From: Azolla caroliniana
Lineage: Eukaryota > Plantae > Polypodiophyta
Assembly: GCA_043228905.1 (NCBI GenBank)
Contig: JBHGNT010000014.1
Span: 3,658,001 to 3,722,000 of the forward strand
Direction of reading: 5' to 3'
DNA length: 64,000 bases
A program made the position numbers and the translations under genes. How positions within the stretch are numbered: position 1 is the stretch's first letter; each line of letters starts with the position of its first letter. This document shows positions 11,171 to 22,474 of the stretch, piece by piece. A model generated the notes under the pieces. It ran no database searches and was not told where the DNA came from. It was given only the letters and a program-made list of their open reading frames with translations.

Positions 11171-14100
11171 TGTCAAAGTAAATGTGCGGAAGCGTTTGAC
11201 AAATCGGCTCAGCCGGATAGCAACAGAAAATGAGAGAAGGTTTAAGGGAGAACTTAACACACATAGAGAATACGCGTGGGAGAGACAGAGAGAGCAAAAC
11301 ATAAACTCAATTCAAAATAACACTCTAAAACTCTGTACATACAACATGCTAAACACTATTTATACTAGTCCTCAAAAGAACTGACAGAAGTACTATGTAC
11401 TTCAATGCTCATATGAGCGATTGACACTAACTACGAGACAATGATTACCTAGTAGTCTAGGCTACTATTAGGCTTCCGGTTCATACTCGAATCTGGCTCT
11501 CCGATCCGTCTCCCTGATCCGGCCGGTTCTTTCTGGATACCATCCGGATACCAATTCGGCTTGTCCTTCCGGATGCCAATCCGGCTCTCCATTCCGGATA
11601 CCGATCCGGCTCTGGCTTATTTAGCTGATCCGGATCCAGTTGAGCTTGCTCGCTCAACACTCCCCCTCAAGCTCAACTTGAGGTCAGATCGTGGTGTTAG
11701 TGTATGTGACAATCGGTCCTTCCACCCAGCTCCATCTGGTGTCGTTCCACCTTGCTCGCGCTCCTCGTTCGGTCCGGTTCCGCTTCCTGTGACCCGTTCG
11801 GTACTATGCACCTCCACCTCCTTGGTCGGCTTGTATGCTCAACAAGCCCATTTCAGCTCCTTCGCTGTTATGACTCCGACACTTGTCGATCCATCGATTC
11901 CTCCGTGTCGATGTCGACTTCCGCTGCCTTCTCGTTCGGTTGGCCTTTAGTTGATCTGGCTTCTCCAAATCTTGAACCGAATCGTCTTCCTCTGATTCCT
12001 TCCAGCTCTTGTCCAAGTTGGTAGTCCCCAACTCGTCTTCTGGTTTTAGGCCCTTCACCACATCGTACCATGCCCGAGTCTTGGCCTTCTTCCAGTTGGC
12101 TCTGTCCTTCTTGACTCTGCCGCCATTTCCGCTTGCTCCGACTTGTTCGGATGTGCCGACTCCTTTGGTCAACTCGGCTCCGTTTTTCTGCTCATCTCCG
12201 CCCTTGGTTCTTTCTTCCTCTTCGGGTCCTTGTCCAGTGTCATCATCGGTGCCTTTGCCCGTTCCTATTCTCCCCCTCAAGTGTGGCACGTCGAGATGTT
12301 GTACACCAAGCATTTCGGTGAAGTGCTGCAACTTGTCTGATCCGAGTGGTTTGGTGAAGATGTCGGCAACTTGCTGATCCGTCTGAACATACAGAAGTTC
12401 TACTTCACTGCTCAAAACCCACTCACGCACAAAGTGATAATGAACTTCTATGAGCATGGAACATGGGGTTCTTGGCGAGATGAATGCTGCTCATGTTGTC
12501 ACAGTAGATTAGGATTGGGGTCAGTACCTCAATTTGCAGGTCTTGTAGCAGTCGTTGAAGCCAGATGGCTTCACAGGTGGCAATGGTAGCGCCCCGATAT
12601 TCAGCCTTAGTGCTCAACAGAGCCATTGTTGGCTGCTTTTTGCTGCTCCACGCAACAACCACGCTACCAAGAGAAAACATGTAATCAGAGGTGGATTGGC
12701 TATCCGATGCATCACCAACCTAGTCGGCATCGGTATATCCGACTAGCTTCCCAGCTATACCGTGTCCGTATAACAATCCCTGGTCCTTTGTGCCGCTAAC
12801 ATACCAGAGTATCCGGTGTGAAGGTGCTCGACGATCGGCTTCTGCATGAACTGGCTGATCACTCCGACTAGATAACTGATGTTGGGTTGGGTGATTGTCA
12901 AGTAGATAAGGCTTCCAACAATTTGTCAGAACCGTTTCTCATTGCAGGCCTGTTCGGAGTCGGGATGTAGCTTCAGTTTCCGGTTCAGGGGTGTAGAGAT
13001 CGGTCGGCATTCCGTCATGCCGAACTTGTACAACATATTCAACATATAATGACGTTGTGAGAGCAATATGCTGTTGGGGGTTCAGATCACCTCGATCCCA
13101 AGAAAATAATGAAGGTCCCCCAGGTCCTTCATTTCAAATGTGTTCGACAGTTGTGACTTCACTCGGCCGATTTCAACGAGTCCGGGTTCGGTGATGACCA
13201 AATCATCTACATAAAGCAAAATGTAAACCAGACCATCTGAACCGTTCCGGATGAACAATGAAGAGTCAGACTTTGAGGCCACAAACCCCATCTTATGCAA
13301 CCGGTGCGTGATCTTTGCATTCCAAGCTCGGGGGGCTTGCTTCAGACCGTAAAGCGACTTCTTGAGTCGGCACATTGCCAACTTGTTCATCTCTGATTGG
13401 AAATCGAGGAGTTGGATCATATAGAGCCGTTCTTCAAGATCACCTTGAAGAAATGCATTCTTCACGTCCATTTGGTGAAGATGTCATCCCCTTGCTGTAG
13501 CAACCACCAATACCACACGAATTGTCGTCATCTTCGCTACCGGAGCGAAGGTCTCATTGTAGTCGATTCCGTGGGTCTGCGTGTATTCCTTCGCCCCTAA
13601 CCGGGCCTTGTACCAGTTGACCGATCCGACCCTCCACTTCCGGTATCGTATTCCGACATCTTCTTCTTCCCCTTCTCTTTGCACGTGAACTGACGAGTAG
13701 TGGAGAGCACGACAGAGTCTCCACTACTCGCCGGTTCTTCATCCGACTAGTCATCCCGACTCAGCCGCTCATTCAACCCACTTAGCTAGAATGAGATCAG
13801 AGTCTCTTCTAGAGTGTCAAAGTCTTCATATTCTAGATGGACCTCCTCGGGCTCACTAGCCTCATCTTCTGGAATCGGGTCTTCGTAGAGAGTTGGAGTC
13901 GGTAGGGTGTACCATGATGCTGACTCATCAAACTCGACACCTCGACTTAATCATACCTGTTTAGTCCAGGGGTTATAACACTTATACCCCTTCCGCTCAT
14001 GAGAGTAACCGACTAGGATGCATTTCTTTGACTTCGTATCTAGCTTCTTCCACTTCGCATCCGGTACATGAACATATGCTAGGCTACCGAATATCCGAAG

Positions 14101-14435
14101 GTGTCTCAAATTCGGTTTCCGCTCGAAATACAGCTCATGTGCTGACACCTTGTCTCCGATCCGGTTTTGGATGTAGAAGGCCGTCCGGACCGCCTCAGCC
14201 TAGTATGCTTTTCTCCTCTAGCATTGCCCTTGCCGCGTTGACAATCAACCGGTTCTTTCTCTTAGCCACACCATTTTGTTCTAATGTGTATCGGCAACTA
14301 AATTCTCTCTGAATTCCATTCTACTGCAGATAACTATTGAATTGGCCAGAAAAGTATTCTTTTCCTACATCTGACCGCAGGCACTTGATCTTTCTCTCTG
14401 TTTCCCATTCAACTAAGCTTTGAAGGTTTCAGAAA
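11171..14435 (-). mobile_element. 5'-truncated Ty1/copia element (IN-RT-RH, 3' extension, 3' LTR 11171-11659)
   Basis: ORFs 13951, 13082 (LLYVDDL), 12423 and 11804 (ADIFTKPL). Minus-strand PPT CTTGAGGGGGAG (11660-11671) abuts an LTR with ends TGTTGA...TTGACA. Confidence 0.92.
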
Positions 14436-16371
14436 GAGATCGGTTGCAGATGGATCTACAAGGTAAAATATAATGTTGATGACTCAATCAACCGCTACAA
14501 AGCATGACTCTTAGCAAAAGGATACATTCAAACATACGAAGTCGATTACGAGGAGACCTTTGCCCCGGTGGCAAAGATGACAACTGTTCGAACAATCATT
14601 GCATTTGCAATTGTTAGAGAGTGGCACCTCCATCAAATGGACGTGAAGAACGCCTTTCTTCAAGGCGAGTTAGAAGAGGAGGTGTTCATGATTCAACCAC
14701 CTAGTTTCGAATCAATCAATCATTCGACCGCAGTTTGTTGACTTAAGAAGCCATCGTATGGACTCAAGCAAGCACCACATGCTTGGCATTCGAAGATTAC
14801 TCAGTATCTTCACCAAATCTTCTTTCGAATAAAAAAATCAGACAACTCCCTCTACGTAAGAAGTGAGTCTGCCAGTCTGATTGTCATTATCCTGTATGTG
14901 AATGATCTGGTCATCGGAGGAGAGAATCTAGCCGACATCAATAAGGTCAAATCACTTTTTTCTGGTAGATTCGAAACGAAAGACATGCAGGAGCTCCATT
15001 ACTTCCTCGTTATAGAAGTAATTCGGACACCAGTTTGGATAATGATCTCCCAAAGGCACTACCTCCTTAACTTGCTATACAAATTTGGGATGACAGAGTG
15101 CAAACTTGTGTCAATTTGTCTTGATTGAAACCTCCAGCTCAATGCCTACTTTGGAATAGAAGAGTGCGAGCCGACTTAGTGTCGTCAACTGGTCCGTAGC
15201 TTAATCTATCTTACCATCACACGACCCAAACTCAGCTATTTGATCGGTCTACTTAGCCAATTCATGCAAAACCTAGGGATATTCATCTAGATTGCGCTAA
15301 GAGAGTACTCAAGTACATTAGTGGGACGATGAATTACGACATCTTGTATAAGACGGAAACAATCATTCGACTCGAAGGGTACACAAATGCAGACTGTTAC
15401 GGCTACAAGGACGAGAAACGATCGACATCAGGATTTGTCTTCTCCCTCGGTAGCGAAGCTATCTCCTGGAGCAGCAAGAAGCAGCTGACAGTTGCACTAT
15501 TGAACACAGAAGCGAAGTATAGGGGTGCGGTCATCGCAACATGTGAGGCCCTTTAGTTGAAAAGAATATTGAAGGATTTGGACATTCCCATCAAGGACCC
15601 GATTCTCCTTAACTACGACAACATGAGTAGTATTCATTTGGTTCGGAACCTAGTCTTCCATGCGCACACGAAGCATATCAAATTGCACTACCACTTCATC
15701 CGAGAGCACGTTCAGGCTAGAGATGTCGACCTGCAGCACATCAGCATGGACCTTCAAGTAGCCGACATCTTCACAAAAGCCTTAGGAGTCGACAAGCTCA
15801 AGAAATTCATGACGTACCTTGGCCTAACGATAACTGCATTGCCAAACTTAAGGGGGGGTACAACAACCGACGAGCATAATGCAACAACCGAATCGCAGTC
15901 GACTAGTCGTTCAAAGCCGACCAGAGGAGTATTCGAAGTAGCAGCACAACCTGAAGCACGAAGTCAAATAGATAGGCTAGTTGAACAAGGAACACGAAGT
16001 ACTCGGACGAAGGAGAACACATATTAGTCGACCAACTGATCGGACCGAACATCCAGACATAGAGCCGAAGAATTTAGAAAGTAGAAACATACCAAATAGC
16101 AAGATGACTTTCCGGCGACTGGAAGTTGTGTTTGAAAGGCGTGTTGAGAGTCAAGCCCAACTTCCCCAATGGAATGACTTTCACACTAGCAATGAACACT
16201 CTAGGTTCAGGCTAGTTTTGTAAATAGTAGAAAGGGTAGTAGCCCTAAGTTAGTTGGTATTTAAACCAACTCTTCTGTAACTAAGTGTACATTGGATGTA
16301 TTTTGTTAGTAACTGTTTTCTTTCTAATAGAGCTTCTTGTTCTTTGTCTCTAACCTCTCTCTCTCTCTCAC

Positions 16372-16761
16372 TTTTTTTTTTGATGAAAACACACAATTAT
16401 ATTAATAAATGTGTGTGAAAAACACTACTTACAATACGTGTGACAATGGAGTATGGTCACACACTAACCACACTACACTACATGGGTAGTGGAACATGTT
16501 GAATTGCCAATAGGCAAGACGAACACTCCACCGAGGAAAGAATTTCCACTTGTTCTAATAAAGAAAATTGCCACATTAGTACTCCCTACAACTTTCGTAG
16601 TTATGCTTTCACTCCATGTCTACCATCGAATACAAAAGCGTTGCGCATGTTCCAATTATGATGCAATCCCCAATATCTCAGAAATAGGAAAACAATCTAC
16701 ATCTCTGATTTTGGGTCAGCTTGTGTAAATTGTGCAAACACCCATTGTCTAGGTGTCAAAT

Positions 16762-16762
<1 letters not shown>
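16372..16762 (-). mobile_element. 5'-truncated L1-type LINE 3' end with poly(A) tail
   Basis: T10 at 16372-16381 reads ...TTTTCATCAAAAAAAAAA on the minus strand. The minus translation contains WNMRNAFVFDG, resembling the W..RN..VF motif at the C-terminus of plant L1 ORF2. Confidence 0.65.

Positions 16763-16763
<1 letters not shown>

Positions 16764-16808
<45 letters not shown>
16764..16808. repeat. (CT)n microsatellite
   Basis: Directly visible. Confidence 0.98.
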
Positions 16809-16809
<1 letters not shown>

Positions 16810-16812
<3 letters not shown>

Positions 16813-17266
16813 CGGAACGGGGGAAACTATACACGTTGATACATATTAGAACCCATCCTGTTATCTATCATTAGAACCATTGCTTCCATGCGACTTAACT
16901 CACATGCATTGCGATGTGAGACAGGGCGTTGGGGCACACGTGAAGCGAGTGGCCGACTATGCACACTTTTCCCTAAACAAATTCGAGACTATGAGTATCA
17001 CACTTTGATACAATGCTCTATCTTTGATCATATTCGACCATGCTTTCCATATCTCTTCGACCAAGCCCAATCCTTGAACGAATTTCTCTCACAACCACAA
17101 TGTGCACTCTCAATTGCAATATTCATTGGTAAAGTTCTTGAACATCGAGAGTCGCTACTCATTTTCACACGTATCACGTGAAATGTAATATTTTTGGTCT
17201 CATAGGTCATATTTGACCTCCGAAGATGATAATATAATCTACCTATCTATCTATCTATCTATCTCT
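16810..17266 (+). mobile_element. 5'-truncated RTE/RTE-X-like LINE 3' end with (CTAT)n tail
   Basis: ORF 16888-17181 (RLNSHALRCETGRW...RLCTL...DYEYHTLIQC...HIR..F..LF) resembles the C-terminal Cys/His domain of RTE-X-like LINEs. A tetranucleotide tail follows at ~17243-17263. Confidence 0.75.
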
Positions 17267-17278
17267 TTGTTTGTCTTA

Positions 17279-17280
<2 letters not shown>

Positions 17281-17369
<89 letters not shown>
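17281..17369. repeat. (CA)n microsatellite
   Basis: Directly visible. Confidence 0.98.
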
Positions 17370-17372
<3 letters not shown>

Positions 17373-17429
17373 TCCACAGTCTCCTTCCGCTGCACTAAGA
17401 TCACCCACACTCTCCATTCCTTTACATTG

Positions 17430-17770
17430 AACATGTGTGAGATTCTTGCGATCATTATGGACAATAATTTATTGGTAAGAATCCTCAAGTAGATGATGCC
17501 ACTACAAAAAAATCCACAATGGCCAATAGTTCTTTGTTGTGGATCTCATAATTGATTTTTCCAACTTCAAACTTCCATGAACGAAAAGCAAATGGATTTA
17601 GTGGTTCACCACTTTCTATTTGTGACAATATACCCCCAAATGCAATATTTGAAGCATATCTTTTCATATGAAGGGCTTGGTTGAATCACCATAGACTAGA
17701 ATGGGAGCAAAAGCAAAGGCTTATTTCAAGCTTTCAAATGCTTCAATTGCACTTGAAGTCCAAGTAAATG
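17430..17770 (-). mobile_element. Chromovirus-type gypsy RNase H remnant
   Basis: ORF 17485-17667 reads ASNIAFGGILSQ...PFAFRSWKF...NYEIHNKELLAIV. Confidence 0.8.
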
Positions 17771-17789
17771 GTGTTGGCATAAAAGGAAA

Positions 17790-19088
17790 CTCCCTCCAAC
17801 TTGTATCCTTAAGTGTGAACACATTCTCGAGTTAGGGCTTGAGTATATAAGCCCAACTGTAACATTGTATAGAGAGATTGTTATAGAAGAGAATAACAAG
17901 TTTCCATTAGAGCCTCACATGAGTTCTCTTGCTTCTTACTTTCCTTCACATTGTGCACATACTACTTCTCTGTCTTGTACACGTTTGCTTGGCATCACCT
18001 TGCAGGTCCTCACTTATTCTTCCGCATATCACCTTCAACATTTGGTATCAAAGAGACCTTACTTTCTGATGGCAACGAACAACAAAAAGTTGAAAGAAAA
18101 GACAAGGCCAACAAAACGTCACTTCTAGAAGATGGCTTCTACATCCGACACAAACGTGGAAATTCGGAAGTTCGACGGAAAGAAGTTTGCCCTATGGAAG
18201 GAGATGATGCAGGATGTATGATCATCCGATGTCAAATCGAGGCAATATAGCACAACAATAAGCCAGGTCGACCATTTGAAAGCACCTGGCCGAAAACGTC
18301 TATTTCAGCATGGCCAACTAGACAACGACATTCTCTTTGTGGGAGAAACATCACACCATTTATGAAAAGAAGTCTTCCTCGTCGAAGCTCATATTGATTC
18401 GATAGTTGTTCAATATGAAGATGAGAGAGACGGATCCAACGACCTCCCACATCAACAGATTCAGCAGAGAGTTTTCTAAGCTCTCGTCCCAAGGGATTAA
18501 CTTCAAAGAAGAAGTTAAAGCCCTTGCCCTCCTTTCGAACTTGGTAGCGAGTTGGGAGGTATTCTACACGACATTCACCAACAGCTATCCAAAATTGAAT
18601 TTGGACAAAACAATCGAACAAGTCCTCACTAAGGATATTCGACGAAAATCGATGGCTCTCACCATCGACGATTCAGCAAAATCCCATCACTCGACTGAGT
18701 CAGCCAAGAGAGCTGACCAAAGTCCTAACCAGCCAAGGAGGGATAATCGACAGCGGTCGAAGTCAAGGAATAGTTGATCAAGTGTTTTCTGCACCCATTG
18801 CAAAAAGATTGTTCACAATGTTTTCAATTGCTAGTCAATAAAAAGAAAGGAAAACAGTCGACGGTTCAATTGGACACCAAGACACACCGATTCAAACCTC
18901 TCTACTACTAACAACCAAGTAAATGTTGCCAACTCCCGATCGGAAGAAATCCTTTCTCTGGAGGACTCTACGATCGAAGAAGTCCTATATAGTGCGCATG
19001 ATGCACGAACGTGATTGCTGGACTCCGGTGCCGCCTTTCACATGACCCCCGATATCGAATGGTTTTCGAACTATTTGGTTTGAGCCAA
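17790..19088 (+). mobile_element. Degenerate Ty1/copia 5' part: LTR end (18040), Met-tRNAi-type PBS, gag, protease
   Basis: TTCAACA-TT-TGGTATCAAAG at 18034-18053. Gag reads IRKFDGKKFALWKEMMQD and EEVKALALLSNL..SWE, followed by a CxxC knuckle remnant and protease LLDSGAAFHMT. Confidence 0.85.
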
Positions 19089-20344
19089 CAACATAGTCAG
19101 ACTCAGTAAATATTTCGTCGAAATCAACACCCTTTTTCTGTTGAAAGCCTTCACCACAATTCAGGCTTTATACCTAGGTGGGTTCCCGCCATCTCCCGGT
19201 TTCAACTTGTATACCCACTTATTCCAGAGTGCCCTCTTTCCTTTTGACAACTTGGTCAATTCGTATGTGTGGTTCTCATGCAAGGAATCCATCTCCTCCT
19301 GCATGGAAGTCGACCACTTTCGGCTGTGGGCATCGTTCTTAGCTTCTACAAAGCTTTCCGCCCCCCCCCTCACCGGTTATCAGTAATGTTCTTCATCCGG
19401 AAATCTTGGGGGGGGGGGGGGGGGGGGGTGTTCTCTCTCTTAGGGGATATCTTCTACCTCCACTTGGCATAGTCGGTTCTTCTTCGACTTCTTTGGCCGA
19501 GTCGAATTTGGTTCCTTGTTCGGTTGGTTCCCCTTGTTCCTCAGCCGGTTCTCGATTTTGCCAATTTTTTATTCGGCCGACTTGTTTGTATCTAATTTCG
19601 GTCAATTCGACTGACATTCGATTCAAGCGATCATCAACTCGGCTTGAATCGGTATCGGAAGATGTATTTTTTATCTCCCAATCAGTTATCGTATTCTCTT
19701 CCATGAAGATGATATCTCGGCGCCTAATCACCTTCTTGTCGATTAGGTCCCATAGCCTATATCCGAATTCATCTTCTCCGTAGCCGAGAAATATACATGG
19801 TTGGCTCTTGGGATCAAGTTTCCCCCTTTGGTCCTTAGCTATATGTACATAGGCTAGGCAATCGAACACTCTCAGATGCTTGTATGAAACCTCCATGCCA
19901 GACCATACCCTTTGTGGTATGTCACCTTCCAAGGGTACCGCGGGAGACCTGTTTATCACATAAATGGCTATCGCCAGCACCTCGGCCCAGTATATGTTTG
20001 GCAATTTCGCATGTGCCAGCATACATTGGACTCTCTCCATGATAGTTTGGTTCATCCTCGTGGCTACCCCGTTTAACTCCAGGGTCTTCAACATTGTGTA
20101 CTCTAACCGAATACCTTGCGTTCAACAGTACTCTTCGAATTGCTCTCGGTATTCCCCGCCATTGTCTATCCGGACTGCCTTCAATTTTTGGCCGATTTCT
20201 CTCTCGGCCCTCGCTTGGAACTCCTTGAAAACACCTAGTACTTGATCCTTCGTCTTCAACACGTAAACCCAAAACTTACAACTGTGTTCATCAATGAAGG
20301 TAACAAAGTACTGTCCACCAGAATGAGACTTCCCATCTAAAAAG

Positions 20345-20840
20345 TGTGAAGTCAATTCTTGCTCGTAAGAAAAGACCGTGGAAAATATATTGGAGCTAAT
20401 GTGTATAAGAATAAAGCACAATATGAAAGGATCAAGTGTTAACAAAGGAAGGAAATTGAAGGGATCTAAAGTTAGAGGTGTTTTTCAAAAGTAGAAAAAG
20501 CAAGAAAAAAGAAAAACGAAAAAAAAAAGCAAGGTAGAGAAAAAAGCTCATAACTTCTTCATCTCATATCCAAATTTCAAAAGAAAAGATTTGTAAGAAA
20601 GCTGACAAAGAGAGCTAATGATATGAAAAACACATCACATAAACTCGAGGATATGTAAAAAGAAAAGAAAAGAAATAAATAAGAATAACGCAACTAAAAA
20701 CCTATAAATAAGAAGGTATTCTTAGCAAAGAAGAGAGGAGGAAGAATAAGAAGGCTAGAAGAAGTGAAAGGAGTATTAGTAAAAGAAAGAGAGAAGAAAG
20801 AAAAACTATTATTGATTAGTGTCACTGAGATTAAGGTTGT

Positions 20841-20904
<64 letters not shown>

Positions 20905-21421
20905 TCGAAAGGGAAATATTATATTGCAAAGTAAAACGGATTGCAAAGAGTAGGCAACAGAGTGCTATAGAATGGAGTTGAACCAATTTAGTTTTAGGAT
21001 GATTGATAGATCCCTATTTATAAGTAATATAGAACACTCTAGAATATTCTAGGTCATTCTAGAATGTAGAGTAATCTAGAAGGTTTTTAGAGTATTCTAG
21101 AAGGTTCTAGTATGTAGAACACTAGAACATTCTAGGTCATTCTAGAATGTAGAGTAATATAGAATATTCCTATGATATTATGTTATATATTCTAAAAACT
21201 ATACATATAAACATATTATTACAATGGTTAAGGATTTGACATGTGTATAACAAGGTTGTGGGTTCAAATCCTTTCGAGGCATAATGTGAGTGTCATCATG
21301 ACAAATGTAGTTATTCTTTTTAGAGTCCAAGAAGATTGTATTGTTTTCTTAATAATATATTGGAGTATTCTTTTCTCTTCCTCTTTTCTTCTCTATCATT
21401 TTTCTATCTCTCCTCATCACA
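20345..21421 (-). mobile_element. AT-rich solo-LTR-like insertion (related to 42374-42788) containing (GA)n at ~20843-20900
   Basis: Interrupts the host LELVHTDVCY|DGKSHSGG. Contains TTCTAGAA-rich repeats, a TATAAATAGGG box on the minus strand and a candidate LTR start TGTCATGA at 21303. No TSD found; boundaries uncertain. Confidence 0.6.
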
Positions 21422-21845
21422 TAACATACATCGGTGTGTACGAGTTCCAAATTATTTTTCCTTCGAATAGGAGGCCTCGGTCGGAACGCGACTCTGTTCT
21501 ATTTGCCGACCATGCAATCAACACATTTGACCACATGCACTTTCTTCATCTCAGGCAGGAGATCTTTCTCAGCTAGCATCTGCAATCCCTTCTGGCTCAT
21601 GTGGTACAGCCTCTTATGCCACAACTCATCGGTTATGTCGGCTGCCACGTTTACCTCATTTCAGCATAATCGAGCATGCATCAGGTGCAATGTGTTTGTC
21701 TTCCGGGATCGGACCACAATTAGGCTTCCTTTGCAAAACTTCATGATGTCGTTCTAGATGCTACCGTGTAGCCTTCATCATCCAACCGGTCGGCTAATAT
21801 CAGATTCAATTTGACTTTCGAAACGTGTTGAACATCTCTCAATAC

Positions 21846-22443
21846 TGTTGGGATTTCGGTCCCTCCGGATGGGATGTCCGGAGATGAATGACGGCAAGCC
21901 CGGTTGTGGTTACGGAGCCGGATGATGAATACCCCGGCTACGGAGCCGGATACGGAGCCGGATGATGAATGACCCGGAGGGAGATCCGGATGCGGGGACA
22001 TATTTGTGAATATGTTTGCCAAGAGCCCTTGAGGCTATATTTGTAAATAGCCCGAAAGTCATATGTGTATAAATATGACTTAGGGCAAACAGTTTATGTT
22101 GTTGCTCATTTTTTCCTGTTTTCCACTAAGAGGGAGCGAAGTGAGAGCAGCCGAGAGAGAGTGAGAGAGAAGGAGGAAGGAAGAGGTCGACGCCTCTGTG
22201 TAATACCGCCGCCTGTGGCGAGGACAGCGAGCTCAAGGTCGTCGCCTTGCAACTCGCCATTGTACATTCCCGCGCATAGTGATAGTTGGAGTCTTGCACT
22301 CCCGTGGTTTTTCCCATTTAGGGTTTTCCACGTAAAACATCCAGTGTACCCTTCTCTCTATTGTTTTTCGTGCATTCTTGTATTTCCCGTTTTCTGTGAA
22401 TCGATCCTGTTCCTCGGTGGTGGCCGAGCACGGAAGTACGACA
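21846..22443 (+). repeat. LTR1 (5' LTR of copia element A); left flank AATAC; PBS TGGTATCAGAGC at 22447-22458
   Basis: TGTTGGGA...GTACGACA termini, TATAAATA box, adjacent Met-tRNAi PBS. Confidence 0.97.
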
Positions 22444-22474
22444 AAGTGGTATCAGAGCAACGGTAACACAGAAA

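Larger units (their letters stand above)
14436..17426 (+). mobile_element. 5'-truncated degenerate Ty1/copia element (RT-RH) with a 3' LTR (~16142-17426) interrupted by two LINE fragments
   Basis: Begins at IGCRWIYKVKYN...RYKA; ORFs 14898, 15329 and 15557 (ADIFTKAL). The LTR starts TGTTGAGAG at 16142 and probably ends CTTCCGC...TTTACA at 17426. Confidence 0.8.

Noticed and set aside
17213-17492. His/Thr-rich ORFs
   Set aside because: They are translations of the (CA)n microsatellite.
19408-19428. G21 run as a regulatory G-quadruplex
   Set aside because: It corresponds to a short C run in the intact copia copies; homopolymer expansion or sequencing error is more likely.
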